A DNA stretch of 54,001 nt, the filler included, from Squatina squatina (taxonomy: Eukaryota): NCBI GenBank assembly GCA_031763465.1. It is 3 parts of 3 records of this genome, joined end to end, with 100 filler letters (N's around TTAATTAATTAA, not from the genome) between each part and the next. Parts side by side here need not be neighbours in the genome. Positions count along the whole stretch, not along the records: positions 1 to 22,686 come from JARFOE010000046.1; 2 more parts are not named here. One strand, given 5' to 3'. A model generated the notes under the pieces. The model made no database searches. It was not told the origin of the DNA and worked only from the letters and a program-made list of their open reading frames with translations. Position numbers and translations under genes: made by a program. Positions 1 through 11,485 of this stretch are shown here, piece by piece. Each line of letters begins with the position of its first letter. Position 1 is the first letter of the stretch.

Positions 1-1883
1 CCTGAATATATAAGTGCCTTCCCCTCCCCCCCACAAATAGAAGGAGCAGTGTTCAAAGTCTTGGACAGGACTGGGCATTCAGAATGCTTGCTGTCTGCTT
101 CTGTAAATGGAAGTGTCATGGGAAAAGGATTGGAATTCAAACAAGGGACAGTGCAATTCTGCCCACAGATTTCCATCTCATTGCTGAATAAAATGAAATG
201 GCGACTTTAATTGGATCTGCTCAGAACAAATGTTTTATGCAGAGCTGTGAAGCAGGGCGGAATCAGAAACAGATTAAAACAAAACTCACACTGGGACTGG
301 ATTGCTACGAAAACAAACTTCCCTCATGAAATTTTCAAGGTTGCAAATCTCTCTGTAGTGCAAGAATTGAAATTGGATGTCAGTCCAGCTCTGAATGGGG
401 CAGGGACTTTTGTCAAGTGTGATGTGAAAAAACAGAGATAATCAAGTGCGGAGATTGTCAGGAAAATTGGTTCATTTTCATGTAATTTTACCACAATGCA
501 ATGGCACTTGTAATAAAAAAACATACTTGAGGGAAATAAGAGGAAAGCTGTCTTAATTTCTAATTCCTAGTATGAGGCCAAACAATAGTGCCTATTGGGA
601 ATGGCAGGTTGCACGAGCTTATTAATTTTGTTACTCGCGTGGTTAGAATCAAAGCTGGAGGATGAATTTATGATTGTTAAAGAGCATTAGAAAGTGTATT
701 CCCTGTCGATTCTGAGCTATATTAGATCCAGGATCCTCTGTAACNNNNNNNNNNNNNNNNNNNNNNNNNNNNNNNNNNNNNNNNNNNNNNNNNNNNNNNN
801 NNNNNNNNNNNNNNNNNNNNNNNNNNNNNNNNNNNNNNNNNNNNACTATGATGTGTTCTGCAGGAAAATTAAAAACTGGACAAAACTGTACATCTGGAAA
901 TTTATTCAAGAAACAAGTCAATGTGATATGTTGTCATCTTTCTCAAATTCTGCCTCGCACATTTCAGGAACTGTACAGAATTTTTTTTTTTATAAACAGA
1001 TTTCACATGGCAGATACCCATGTTTTGTCTCAAATCTGTACACGACATTTGCTTCTGAAAGGATTACTGTTGATTCTTTATGAATCGCTGCAAGATAAGC
1101 AAAGAGGATGTTTTAACAAAGGACCTTCGGTTCATGAAGTAAGCCTTTGAAGATTAACATGTCTGCTTTCACTGGTTTTCCGACCACACGGCTGTCATGA
1201 ATTCATTTCAAAGTATAATCTTTGCTCGTCAATGCAAAACGGTCTCTACAATGCTATCTCCAGAAACCACAGCAAATGCGCTTCAGTAAAAAGGATGTTT
1301 TATACAGAGGGGGGCTGCACTGCCCTGTTAAATCTTCGAAAAGCTTGACTGCTGTGCCAAGTAATTTTAGACCAACAGGAGGATTATACTTGCATGAGAA
1401 TTCATATGAAACGCAGGTAAAAATTATTATTTCAGAGACATCCAGCCAGGACTCCATTTATTGATTCATTCAGCTATTTGAATTTTTTTTTATGTAAAGA
1501 AGGAAGCATTAACTATACACAGAATGATGTTAGTGAATGAGCATTTAACACATGCTTGCAATGTTCTTCTGTCTTCTTCTGTAAAAGTTTACATCATACA
1601 ATAAATTTAAATGGGTGCATTTAGCCTGTCTGTTACGACAGCTTCATTTGATCAGAGAGCAGTTGCAGGCAACAGTAAGGGAGGGTCTCAGCAAACTCAC
1701 AAGCACCCAGTGTTCTGTGCTCACACAGAATGCACTGCACGGTCCTCTGGCCATAGCATGATAAGCGTAGCAGAGGAAAATCTAACACCGGGGCTGTCTG
1801 TTATACAAAGAGTGCAAAGTTTTTGCACAGCCCTTGAAACTTTTGGCATTGGGGGTAAGAACTCAATGTATTTCACAGAAAAT

Positions 1884-2069
1884 GGCTGCCATGCTTTCAG
1901 ATACCGAGACCCTTAGCTCTGGAATTCCCACCCCAAAACCCCTCTGCCTTTCATTCCTCCTTTAAGATGCTCCTTGAAACCTATCTCTTTGACCAAGCTT
2001 TTGGTCACCTGTCCTAAGATTGCCTTATCTGGCGTGGTGTCAAATTTTGTCTGGTTACGCTCCTGTGAA
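1884..2069 (+). mobile_element. L2-clade LINE 3' end fragment
   Basis: Aligns by eye with the 3' end of the L2 element at about 7030-7190 (gc-tttcag...ctctggaattc...cctttaag...ctctttgacca-gctttt...tcctgtgaa). Runs into an N gap. Confidence 0.7.
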
Positions 2070-2487
2070 NNNNNNNNNNNNNNNNNNNNNNNNNNNNNNN
2101 NNNNNNNNNNNNNNNNNNNNNNNNNNNNNNNNNNNNNNNNNNNNNNNNNNNNNNNNNNNNNNNNNNNNNTCCAATAAATGTCAGTGGCTGCTGGGTTTGA
2201 TTTGATTTTGTTATGTTAACCTTTTTATTTATAGATACCGAGTTGAACAGAACTCCTCGTGTTTGTCATATACATAGATTTTGAAAAATGCCATCAATCA
2301 GTAATTAAGTTTGACCACATTCCCCATCCATCATAGGGACACTGCAACCTTCACCCACCCGTATTTTCCAATCTCAGTTTAGGGAAATCTAGTTCTTTGA
2401 GAACACTGATTGACTTTTACACTTGACAACATTGTCTTATTTCAGGAAAGTTGAGTGCTGAAAGACAGATCACTGGATAAATATACA

Positions 2488-2640
2488 GACACATACATAG
2501 ATAGAGAGAAAGAGAGAGAGAGAGATAGACAGATTGAGAGATAAAGAGATAGAGAGATAAAGACAGAGATAGATAGATAGCAATAGACAGACAGATAGAT
2601 AGATAAATAAATAGAAATGAATAAAGATAGATAGATATGT
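2488..2640. repeat. Compound (GATA)n/(GA)n/(GACA)n microsatellite
   Basis: Visible degenerate tetra- and dinucleotide runs; these explain the low-complexity ORFs 2442..2648 and 2470..2718. Confidence 0.9.
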
Positions 2641-2917
2641 AGACACAATCAAGTATTTATAGCTGGATAAATATAAATCCCCATCCTGATCAAACCTTCC
2701 CAGCGATCTCTTCTGCAAATTTGTAGAACACTGATAGTTTGCCCTATATCAGATCTCATTACATCTGTTGCCCCCATCTGTCTGTGAATGCATTACTAGA
2801 GTCCGCAACCATAACGGNNNNNNNNNNNNNNNNNNNNNNNNNNNNNNNNNNNNNNNNNNNNNNNNNNNNNNNNNNNNNNNNNNNNNNNNNNNNNNNNNNN
2901 NNNNNNNNNNNNNNNNN

Positions 2918-3092
2918 ACGTTGAGCTTCATTGGAACAGTGTAAGAGGCCAAAGAGAGAGAGAGAGATCAGAGTGAGAATGAAGCGGAGAATTTAAGTGA
3001 CAAGCGACCGGAGGCTCGGGGTCATGCTTACAGACTGAGCGGAGGTGTTCTGCAAAGCGGCTACCCAATCTACGTTTGGTCTCCCCAATGTA
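2918..3092 (-). mobile_element. Penelope-like element, GIY-YIG endonuclease fragment
   Basis: Minus-strand translation YIGETKRRLGSRFAEHLRSVCKHDPEPPVACHLNSPLHSHSDLS contains the YIGET..R...R..EH motif and the VA.HFN-like motif of Penelope GIY-YIG domains. Confidence 0.8.
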
Positions 3093-4159
3093 ACTTTTAT
3101 AATGGGGGTCCTGATGAAACTTGAAATTTCACCACCCGATATCTATCTCATTGGACATGCCCAAACAGTTAACAGGGTTGCGCTTTTGAAAGGCAGACTT
3201 CAGGAAATGCTTTGAAGCCTAATATTTAATGTATTATTAAAAACCTTAAAAAGTGTGACTTTTTTTTCAAATTCTAAATTATATTAACATTTAATGTACT
3301 CTACACAGGGATTGAATAAAGGATTGCAGGCTTTAGCGGAGAAAATACCATCTGCCACCAGACAGGGAAGGTTTTCATCCCATCTGCCTGGAGTCAATTC
3401 AAAGCTCCGCTCCCGAGATGAAACGCNNNNNNNNNNNNNNNNNNNNNNNNNNNNNNNNNNNNNNNNNNNNNNNNNNNNNNNNNNNNNNNNNNNNNNNNNN
3501 NNNNNNNNNNNNNNNNNNNNNNNNNNTGAGGAATTTGGGAGAAAGGGTTAATATAAGCACTTTGAATTAATCATTGTATTCATTGAATTGTATTCATTCC
3601 AATATTTGAGCACCAGCAGATGTTTCAAACATGACCTCAAACCCATGGTCAAGCATATTCTGATATTGGTCTTTATCAAAATTAACCCTACCTTGAATAG
3701 GGCTGTGAATGTGAATTTGTATGTAAAGGAAAGCAGATTAAGTGCAGAGTCGAGTTTAAAATTGCTGCTGCCTTGACAGATACAGGAGGTGGAGAACCGA
3801 GGGTTTAAAATTATCTTTGTCTTGACAGCGTCAAATTATATCCTCACTTACAAGATTTATTTGGAAATTTGCACATGAATAAATCAAGTAACGCTGCTTC
3901 CTTTTCAATAGGTTTTCCACCACAACGGAAGATTGTGTGTCAAAGCTAATGTTTCATTCAAAGTGTCTGGCTGTACAGAGCCACCTGGAACACTGCGACT
4001 GCTCTCCGAGATCTTAATTAGACTCATGAGGATTACTCGAAACTGGCTTTAGGAGCAAAATTCTGATAGTTCGATTAACAGACACTTATCGCTTCAGGCA
4101 AGTGAAGTTGAAAAAAAGAATGTTTCAGTGATCACATCTTCCTATTAAAAGATTCAATA

Positions 4160-4242
4160 AAAGACTTGCATTTGTATGACTTCAGGGCATCTCAAAGCGC
4201 TTTACAGCCAATGAAGTACTTTTGAAGTGCTGTCACTGTAGT
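4160..4242 (-). mobile_element. DeuSINE (SacSINE1-like) 3' tail
   Basis: Reverse complement reads ...cttcaaaagtacttcattggctgtaaagcgctttgagatg...aaatgcaagtctt, matching my recall of the shark DeuSINE 3' region; similar to 53095-53190. Confidence 0.6.
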
Positions 4243-4342
4243 NNNNNNNNNNNNNNNNNNNNNNNNNNNNNNNNNNNNNNNNNNNNNNNNNNNNNNNNNN
4301 NNNNNNNNNNNNNNNNNNNNNNNNNNNNNNNNNNNNNNNNNN

Positions 4343-4850
4343 CTACTTCCTCCTTGAATACTATCCAACACTCACTCCTTTAAGCAACTTATTCCTCTTT
4401 TCTACTTCTATATGCTGGTGCCCACCCCCCGGCCAATTTAGTTTAAACCCTCCCCAACCACACGAGTGAACCTCCCCGCGAGGACATTGGTCCTCGTCCT
4501 GTTGAGGTGCAACCCGTCCCTTTTGACTAGGTGCCCCCTGCCCCAGAACTGGTCCCAATGCCCCAAGAATCTGAAGCCCTCCCTCCTGCACCATGCCTCA
4601 AGCCAAGTATTGATCCTCTCTATCTTCCTATTTCTACTCTCGCGTGGCACTGGGAATAATCCAGAGATTACTACCTTCGAGGTCCTACTTTTTAAACTTC
4701 CTCCCTAGCTCCTGCAAGTCTGACCGTAGGACCTCAATACCTGCCCTCTCTATGTCGTTGATACCGACGTGTACCACAACTTCTATCTCACTCCCTTCCC
4801 CCTGCATAATATTCTGCACCCTCTCTGTGGTGTCCTTCACCCTGGCACCA
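4343..4850 (-). mobile_element. CR1 LINE ORF1 fragment (SGNH/GDSL esterase domain)
   Basis: ORF 4438..4650 RNRKIERINTWLEAWCRREGFRFLGHWDQFWGRGHLVKRDGLHLN has the DGLHLN (DxxH) esterase motif typical of CR1 ORF1p. Confidence 0.85.
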
Positions 4851-5589
4851 TGTGATGCAATAGTTTAGTAAAGATGGAAAGATAGCCATTGTTTTTTAAG
4901 TTTCCATTTCAGTTATATACCTGCTATTTTTAGAATCTCCAATCAAGATGAGTTATTGTAACTCTTTCAAGGGAACTAAAGTGAGAGAATGCCATGCAAG
5001 CATTCTGTTAAGTAAATTGCCACATTTAGAGAGTGTTAGTGATTTATAAAATTTGGGTGGTACATTTACATTTGGATTTAATGCACACTTAAACGTAGGA
5101 GAGGAATTCATCAAATCAGCTGCGGTAACATAATTTTAAAAATGGCTTCAAAGATTAGCCCTTTCTGACACTAATGTTCTTTTACTCTTGTGCTAAGAGT
5201 ACTGTGAAGTGCTCATAATTTCAGTTTTAAGATTCACCTCATCAAAATTATATCACTGACGGTAAGCATTTTCACGTTAGTAGAAAAGTTTGACAGGTAG
5301 CACACTTGACAGATTTTACTGACTAATCTTTGGCTGAATGTAACACACAACCCATTGAGTATGGTTGGCAGTTGAAGTTAGAAGATTAATTTTCCCTGTT
5401 ATCTCTTGGAACTGGTTATGCAGCTCCCTGAGCTGGAACCTTCTTCTATTTGTGTTTTGCTAAGTGAGTTCTAAAGGTTCCCTTTGCTTTGTTGGACAAA
5501 CAGTTGCTTTCTCTTCCATCAGTCTCATGAATACCCATTTCTATTGTGTGTGTGTGTGGACATAAGGATCCTAAGTGGTATCATCCAGT

Positions 5590-5763
5590 CAATAAACCGC
5601 AAGGACCTGATGATCTACATCCCAGGGTTTTGAAAGTGATAGCTATAGAGATAGTGGATGCATTGATGGTCATCTTCCAAAATTCTATAGATTCTAGAAT
5701 GGTTCCTGCAGATTGGAGGGTAGCAAATGTAACCCCACTATTTAAGAAAGGAGGGAGAGAGAA
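5590..5763 (+). mobile_element. CR1 LINE ORF2 fragment (start of RT region)
   Basis: GPDDLHPRVLK...IFQNSIDSRMVPADWRVANVTPLFKKGGRE is the canonical CR1 PG.D..HPR.LKE / W..A.V.P.FKKG segment. Confidence 0.9.
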
Positions 5764-5863
5764 NNNNNNNNNNNNNNNNNNNNNNNNNNNNNNNNNNNNN
5801 NNNNNNNNNNNNNNNNNNNNNNNNNNNNNNNNNNNNNNNNNNNNNNNNNNNNNNNNNNNNNNN

Positions 5864-7236
5864 TTCCTCCTCAAACTCCCACCAATAACCCCTATGTCTT
5901 TGCAAACTACCGTCCCATCTCCAACCTTCCATTTCTCTCCAAAGTTCTTGAATGTGTTGTCACCTCCCAAATCAGTGCCCATCTTTCCCACAACTCCATA
6001 TTTGAACCTCTCCAATCAAGTTTTCGTTTCTGCCACAACGAAATGGTCCTAATCAAAATTACAAATGACATTTTATGTGACTGTGACCGTAGTGCACTAT
6101 CCTTTCTCATCCTTTGTAGCCTTTGACCACATCATCCTCCTCCACCTCCTCATTTGTCCTGCTGAGTGGGACTACCTCACCTTGTTGCACTCTTACCTAT
6201 CCAGTCGCAACCAGAGAGTTAACCTGCAATGGCTTCTCTTTCTGCACCATTGACCTTTGGAATCCACCAAGGATCTATCCTTGGGGCCCGTCCTATTTCT
6301 TATCTACATGCTGCCCTCAGTGAAATCGTCTGCTAACACATCATCAGGTTCCACATGTACGCGAACGACATCCGGCTCTGCCTCGACACCTCTCTCAACA
6401 CATCCACTGCCTTTGTGCTGTCTTGATATTCAGTCCCGGATGAATTGGAGTTTCCTCCAATTAAACATTGGTCAGACCAAGACCAAGGCCATTGCCTTTG
6501 GCCCCTGCCATAAACTCCATTCCCTAGCCATCAATTCAATCCCCCTGCCTGGTCACTATCTCAGGCTGACCTAGATTATTTGCAATCTTGGCGTCCAAAT
6601 TGGCCCTGAGCTGAGCTTTTGACTCCATATCCTTGAAATCACCAAGATCACCTACTTCCACCTTCGTAATATTGCCCATCACAGCTCTTGCCTCAGCCCC
6701 TCTGCTACTGAAACCCTCATCTATGCTTTTGTCACCTCCAGTCTCAACTATTCCAATGCTGTCCTGGTTGGCCTCCTATCTTCGACCCTCCATAAACTTG
6801 AGCTCGCTCAAAAATCCTGTTCACTCATCATCACTGTGCTTTGCTGACCCCCATTGGCTCCCGGTCCACCAAGCTTCTATTTTTAAATTCTCATCCTCTT
6901 GTTCAAAACCCTCCATAGCCTCACTGCTCTCTCTATCTAATCTCCTCCAGCCCTACAACTTACCAAGAACTATGCGTTTCTTCAACTTTGGACTCTCGTG
7001 CAGCTGCCACTACCTTTGCTGCACTACTGGAGCGTGTGCTTTCAGCCATCTAGGCCCTAAGCTCTAATTCATTCCTTTAAGACCCTCCTTAAAACTTAAC
7101 TCTTTGACCATGCTTTTAGACACCCGTCCTAATATCTCCTCCTCTGGCTCGGTGTCAGTTTTTGTCATATTGCATTCCTGTGAAACATGTTGGGAAAATT
7201 CCTACTTAAAGACACGATATAAATACAAGTAGTTGT
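5864..7236 (+). mobile_element. Decayed L2-clade LINE (RT domain to 3' tail)
   Basis: Frameshifted pieces NYRPISNLPFLSKVLE, QSSFR, AFDH, QGSILG/LGPVLFLIYMLP, FLQLNIGQTK, HWLPV, AFSHLGPKL, followed by a 3' UTR ending tataaatacaagtagttgt. Confidence 0.88.
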
Positions 7237-7899
7237 GATTGTGTGCTACGTAAATGTACATTATTGCTGGTACTGCACGCGATGTGATGTGTCAAGAGCT
7301 CATGTTAAGTTGTGTAAATGTTGTCATTTTGCATNNNNNNNNNNNNNNNNNNNNNNNNNNNNNNNNNNNNNNNNNNNNNNNNNNNNNNNNNNNNNNNNNN
7401 NNNNNNNNNNNNNNNNNNNNNNNNNNNNNNNNNNTTCTCAATCATTATTACGTCAAGATAATGCCTCAGAGCATTTGCCATTATTACTTTAATGAAAATG
7501 GCTTGGAACATCCATCATTCTTTAATAAATATACACGCTTCACAACGGCTTTAATATATGAAGCTCTTAAATAGACAGGTGGTGGAAGATTGCCTGCCTA
7601 ACTCTTAACACTGTTTAGAGAGCCTTGTCTCAGGATACCTCGAGCAGTAATTGGTGTTTTATTACACAGAGTATTGAACTGCGAAGGTTTTCCTGCTCCT
7701 GTGCTATGATACAGGGTTTAAATCTGCCAAGCAGAAAATGTTCCTCACATTGCACAGTAATACATGAAATACCCTTATTCCCTAATATGCAATTCTACTA
7801 CTTCCAGTCTTCAGCATCAGTCTTCATTGCAATCTATTTTTTCTCTGCAATTTCCTCTGTTCCATCTTCAATCATTTTACTCTTCCTACCTCCTCCTTC

Positions 7900-8029
7900 A
7901 CCCTCTGGTCTTCTCATCCTCGATCACCCTGTGCTCTCTAACTCCTCACTCATCCAATGGTCTCCTCATTGATCATCCTGTGTTCTCTAACTCCTCCATT
8001 ATCCTTTGGTCCCTCATTCTCAATTACCC
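7900..8029. repeat. Pyrimidine-rich minisatellite, unit about 50 bp, about 2.5 copies visible
   Basis: ggtc-tctcat..gatca-cctgtg-tctctaactcctc recurs near 7907 and 7959, with a partial third copy near 8008 running into the gap. Confidence 0.65.
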
Positions 8030-8129
8030 NNNNNNNNNNNNNNNNNNNNNNNNNNNNNNNNNNNNNNNNNNNNNNNNNNNNNNNNNNNNNNNNNNNNNNN
8101 NNNNNNNNNNNNNNNNNNNNNNNNNNNNN

Positions 8130-8568
8130 GGTCACATCGTCCGCATGCCTGATTCAAGGCTCCCGAAACAAGCACTATATTCCGAGCTCCGTCATGGCAA
8201 ATACCTCCGAGGAGGGCAGAGGAAATGCTACAGGGGTGTCCCCAAAGCCTCATTGAAAAATTGCAACATCCCCACCAATTCATGGGAATCCCTGGCCCAA
8301 GACTACCCGCAATGGAGGAGAAGCATCCGTGAGGGCGCCAACCATTTTGAGTTTCTCCGGCAGGAGCAAGTGGAGGCCAAGCGCAGGCAGCAGAAGGAGT
8401 GCGCAGAAACCCGAGCATCCCATCCACGCGCCCCATCAAATACCACCTGCTCCACCTGCGGTCGTGTTTGTGGATCCCGCATTGGACTTTTCAACTGCCT
8501 CAGAATCCACAACTCTGGAGTGGAAGCAAGTCATCCTCGAACCCGAGGGACTGCCGAAGAAGAAGAAG
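8130..8568 (+). mobile_element. RTE-clade LINE 3' end
   Basis: GHIVRMPDSRLPKQALYSEL..G...GGQRK...KASLK...SWE.LAQD...WR, then a C-terminal CxxC..H zinc-finger-like segment and a (GAA)n tail at about 8556-8568. Confidence 0.9.
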
Positions 8569-8954
8569 CTATCAGGCAAAAATTTGTGCTGGTGGCTGGA
8601 GATTTGTAGCACAGCGATAACCTACCATGTAACACCCTCCTGGTGGTGTTAATGGAGGCATCCAACCAGAGGTTCCCACCAGGAGCGGCACTCCAGCTTC
8701 TTACAGCCTCCGGGAGCGAGGCTGTGGCATTCGCAATGAATTGTGGGCAATTAAAAGGGCTATGAATTAAAGGGGCAATGCGTTCTAATAAAAATATTAA
8801 CTAATAAAAAATTTAAATCAAGCAGAAAAAATGCATTTTTCAGCAGTTATTGTCTTTCAAAAAATAACAGCATTAAAAATAAGTCTCAAATTGCAGTCTT
8901 CAGCTCTTAAAGCTGAATTGTCTTCTGCACCAAAAAAATAGCAAAAGTGTTTCA

Positions 8955-9229
8955 GCATGAACACAGACAGCTCAGCAAACCAGTGAAGGGGAACCCAGGG
9001 TCTCGCACATGTAGGGTTTAACATTGCAAGAGAGGCCCTCTACCCATAGGGGCCAGGAGGCCCTCCAGAAGGAACGATGTGGGACCAGATCACCGAGGCC
9101 ATCACTGCCAGCAGTGCCGCCCCCACAACCTGGCTCCAGTGCCCAAAGAAGTTGCATGACCTCAGAGCAGTGGCCAAAGTCAGTGAATGCATCTTCAAAA
9201 GCCGTCTCCTACCAACTGCACCACTAGCC
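8955..9229 (+). mobile_element. PIF/Harbinger-type Myb/SANT-like ORF relic
   Basis: WDQITEAITASSAAPTTWLQCPKKLHDL resembles the W..IA..V......RT..QC.KKW.DL signature of Harbinger DNA-binding proteins. Confidence 0.65.
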
Positions 9230-9424
9230 NNNNNNNNNNNNNNNNNNNNNNNNNNNNNNNNNNNNNNNNNNNNNNNNNNNNNNNNNNNNNNNNNNNNNNN
9301 NNNNNNNNNNNNNNNNNNNNNNNNNNNNNAACGCTTCTGTGAAGCTCCTTGGGATTTTTACTTCATTAAAAGCACAATATAAATGCCACTGATTGTTGTT
9401 GTATAAGTAGCATTGTATTTCAAT

Positions 9425-9832
9425 GGGACAGTAGCATAATGGCTATGTTAGTAGGCTAGTAATCCTGAGGCCGGAGCTAATAATTCAGGGACATGAGTTC
9501 AAATCCCACCATAGCAGTTGTGGTATTTTAAATTCAATTAATTAAATCTTGAATAAAAAGCTAATTTCACTAATGATGACCGTATAACTACCAGATTGTT
9601 TGGAAAACCCATCTGGTTCACTAATGTCCTTCAGGAAAAGAAATCTGCTGTTCTTACCCGCTCTGGCCTATGTGTGACTCCAAGACCACAAGCAATGTGG
9701 TTGATCCTTAATTGCCCTCTGAAAGTCAATCAGTTGTATTCAACATGGCGGCTCACCCCCACCTTCTCAAGGGCAATGAGGGATGTCGGCCTTGCCGGTG
9801 ATGCCCATATCCCATGAATGAATTTTTAAAAA
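9425..9832 (+). mobile_element. tRNA-derived SINE, near full length (called family A here)
   Basis: Pol III A box TAGCATAATGG (9432-9442) and B box GTTCAAATCC (9497-9506). The body matches copies at 16187-16482 and 28380-28826; the 3' tail matches the LINE tail at 29955-30205. Confidence 0.8.
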
Positions 9833-10434
9833 TTTCTATGGAACAAAAAAAAATCAATAGAAAATCTTTTGCTATTGCTTTCCGAGATTAAAGTTATCTT
9901 GCAGTTTCTAAAAAGTCAACCTCTGCTGGTGTCTCACCCAGTCCTGGGCCCAGTCATTAAAGCTCTTGTCCTAAAGATGGCAGCACTCTTGGTTTTTGCT
10001 CTCGTTAAACCAATTGTTTGTCACATCTCATGAATGCTTTATGAATACGAGAATATATTGAGAGAGAATTTATGGTAATGTAGGTTTTTAATTTTTGATG
10101 CCTTAAATTCACATATGCCAGCCTGGCCAAAATGGATTACAGTCTGTTTCCGCGATTATTGAATTCATTCTCAGACGGCTAATGAAAAGAGCCACTGAAT
10201 ATGTAATGAAGGTAATTATAAATTTATCATACACTTACACAGTTTTTGAGTGACACAGAAAGTGGGAAACCAAAGTTAAAGAATAGCATGTATTCCATTA
10301 AGTTTAATATTACGCCTCACTATGTTTATACATCNNNNNNNNNNNNNNNNNNNNNNNNNNNNNNNNNNNNNNNNNNNNNNNNNNNNNNNNNNNNNNNNNN
10401 NNNNNNNNNNNNNNNNNNNNNNNNNNNNNNNNNN

Positions 10435-10680
10435 CACACAAAAGGTTGTGAACCTTCACAACTCTCTACCCCAGATAGCTGCGGGTGCTTAGTCATTGAG
10501 CACATTCAAAACAGAGATTGATACATTAATGGATATTAAGAGAATTAAGGGATATGGGGATAGTGTGGGAAGGTGGAGAGGAGGTAAAAAATCAGCTGTG
10601 ATATTTTGAATGGTGGAGCAGCCTCGAAGCGCCGAATGGCCTACTCTGCTCCTATCTCTTATGTTCTTGTGGTCTTATGC
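10435..10680 (+). mobile_element. CR1 (HER1-like) LINE 3' end
   Basis: Ends gaatggtggagcagcctcgaagcgccgaatggcctactctgctcctatctcttatgttct; the same tail occurs at 14042, 36965 and 39540. Confidence 0.8.
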
Positions 10681-11297
10681 TTTGTTAACTAACGCACATG
10701 AGGGGGCAGACAAAAAAACCTCAGCTGTCTCTTGGTTCAGCAATGGAGTGGTTGTTGAGCCAAATCTTTTACAATTATAAATCATTGATTTAATAGCTGC
10801 TCCATCACCTAAATGGACCTCGGAGATTTTGAAAGCTCAGGTGTATTGTAGAAGAGATATTTGTGTAATAAATGACATTAATTAGCGCTCTCTGTATTTT
10901 ATACTGACTGTTACTCTGGCGGCTCCTGTGTATTCAGTGAAATTTTGACAGATAATAGATCATATTTAATAATTGTGCTGAACTTTCCCCTGCGTTCAGC
11001 AGAATTGCCTCAATGGCACTTTCCAGTTGTGTACAATTATAACTATTTCTAGGATCTCGCTGTTCAGAAGGCTGGATCAACTTTTCATACACACAGGATA
11101 CCCAATTGAAAGGTGAAAATNNNNNNNNNNNNNNNNNNNNNNNNNNNNNNNNNNNNNNNNNNNNNNNNNNNNNNNNNNNNNNNNNNNNNNNNNNNNNNNN
11201 NNNNNNNNNNNNNNNNNNNNGCTAAGTTTTTCCAGCATTTTTTGTTTATACACTGATGCAACATGACAGTTGCATTAGCCCACATAGCGATGGCCCC

Positions 11298-11485
11298 GGG
11301 GATAGATCTTGACTACCTGCGTAGTGTAAAACTAGTGATAGCAAATCGGCAGCCCATTTAACATCTCTCCCGATTTTTATTTCCACTAACTTCAGCAGAA
11401 ATAAAAAATCAGGACACATTTAAAAAATGGGCTGCCGATTCATTATCGCCCGTTTCACACTGTCGCACAAAGTCAAGACCCACAT
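11298..11485. mobile_element. Palindromic MITE-like element (about 180-bp fold-back)
   Basis: Perfect 16-bp inverted repeat 11344-11359 / 11425-11440, an outer pair tcttgact 11307-11314 / agtcaaga 11471-11478, and an inner pair gatttttatttc / gaaataaaaaatc. Confidence 0.7.

Noticed and set aside
3111-3126. ctgatga-aactt-gaaa next to the Penelope fragment as a hammerhead core
   Set aside because: No stem II pairing and no evident stems I/III; also on the opposite strand to the Penelope ORF.
7764-8609. 281-aa ORF, the longest in the track
   Set aside because: It reads through a 100-N gap, joining low-complexity sequence to an RTE fragment. The same applies to all X-containing ORFs.
9432-9510. 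tRNA gene
   Set aside because: A and B boxes are present but no cloverleaf is evident, and the sequence continues into a multi-copy SINE body.
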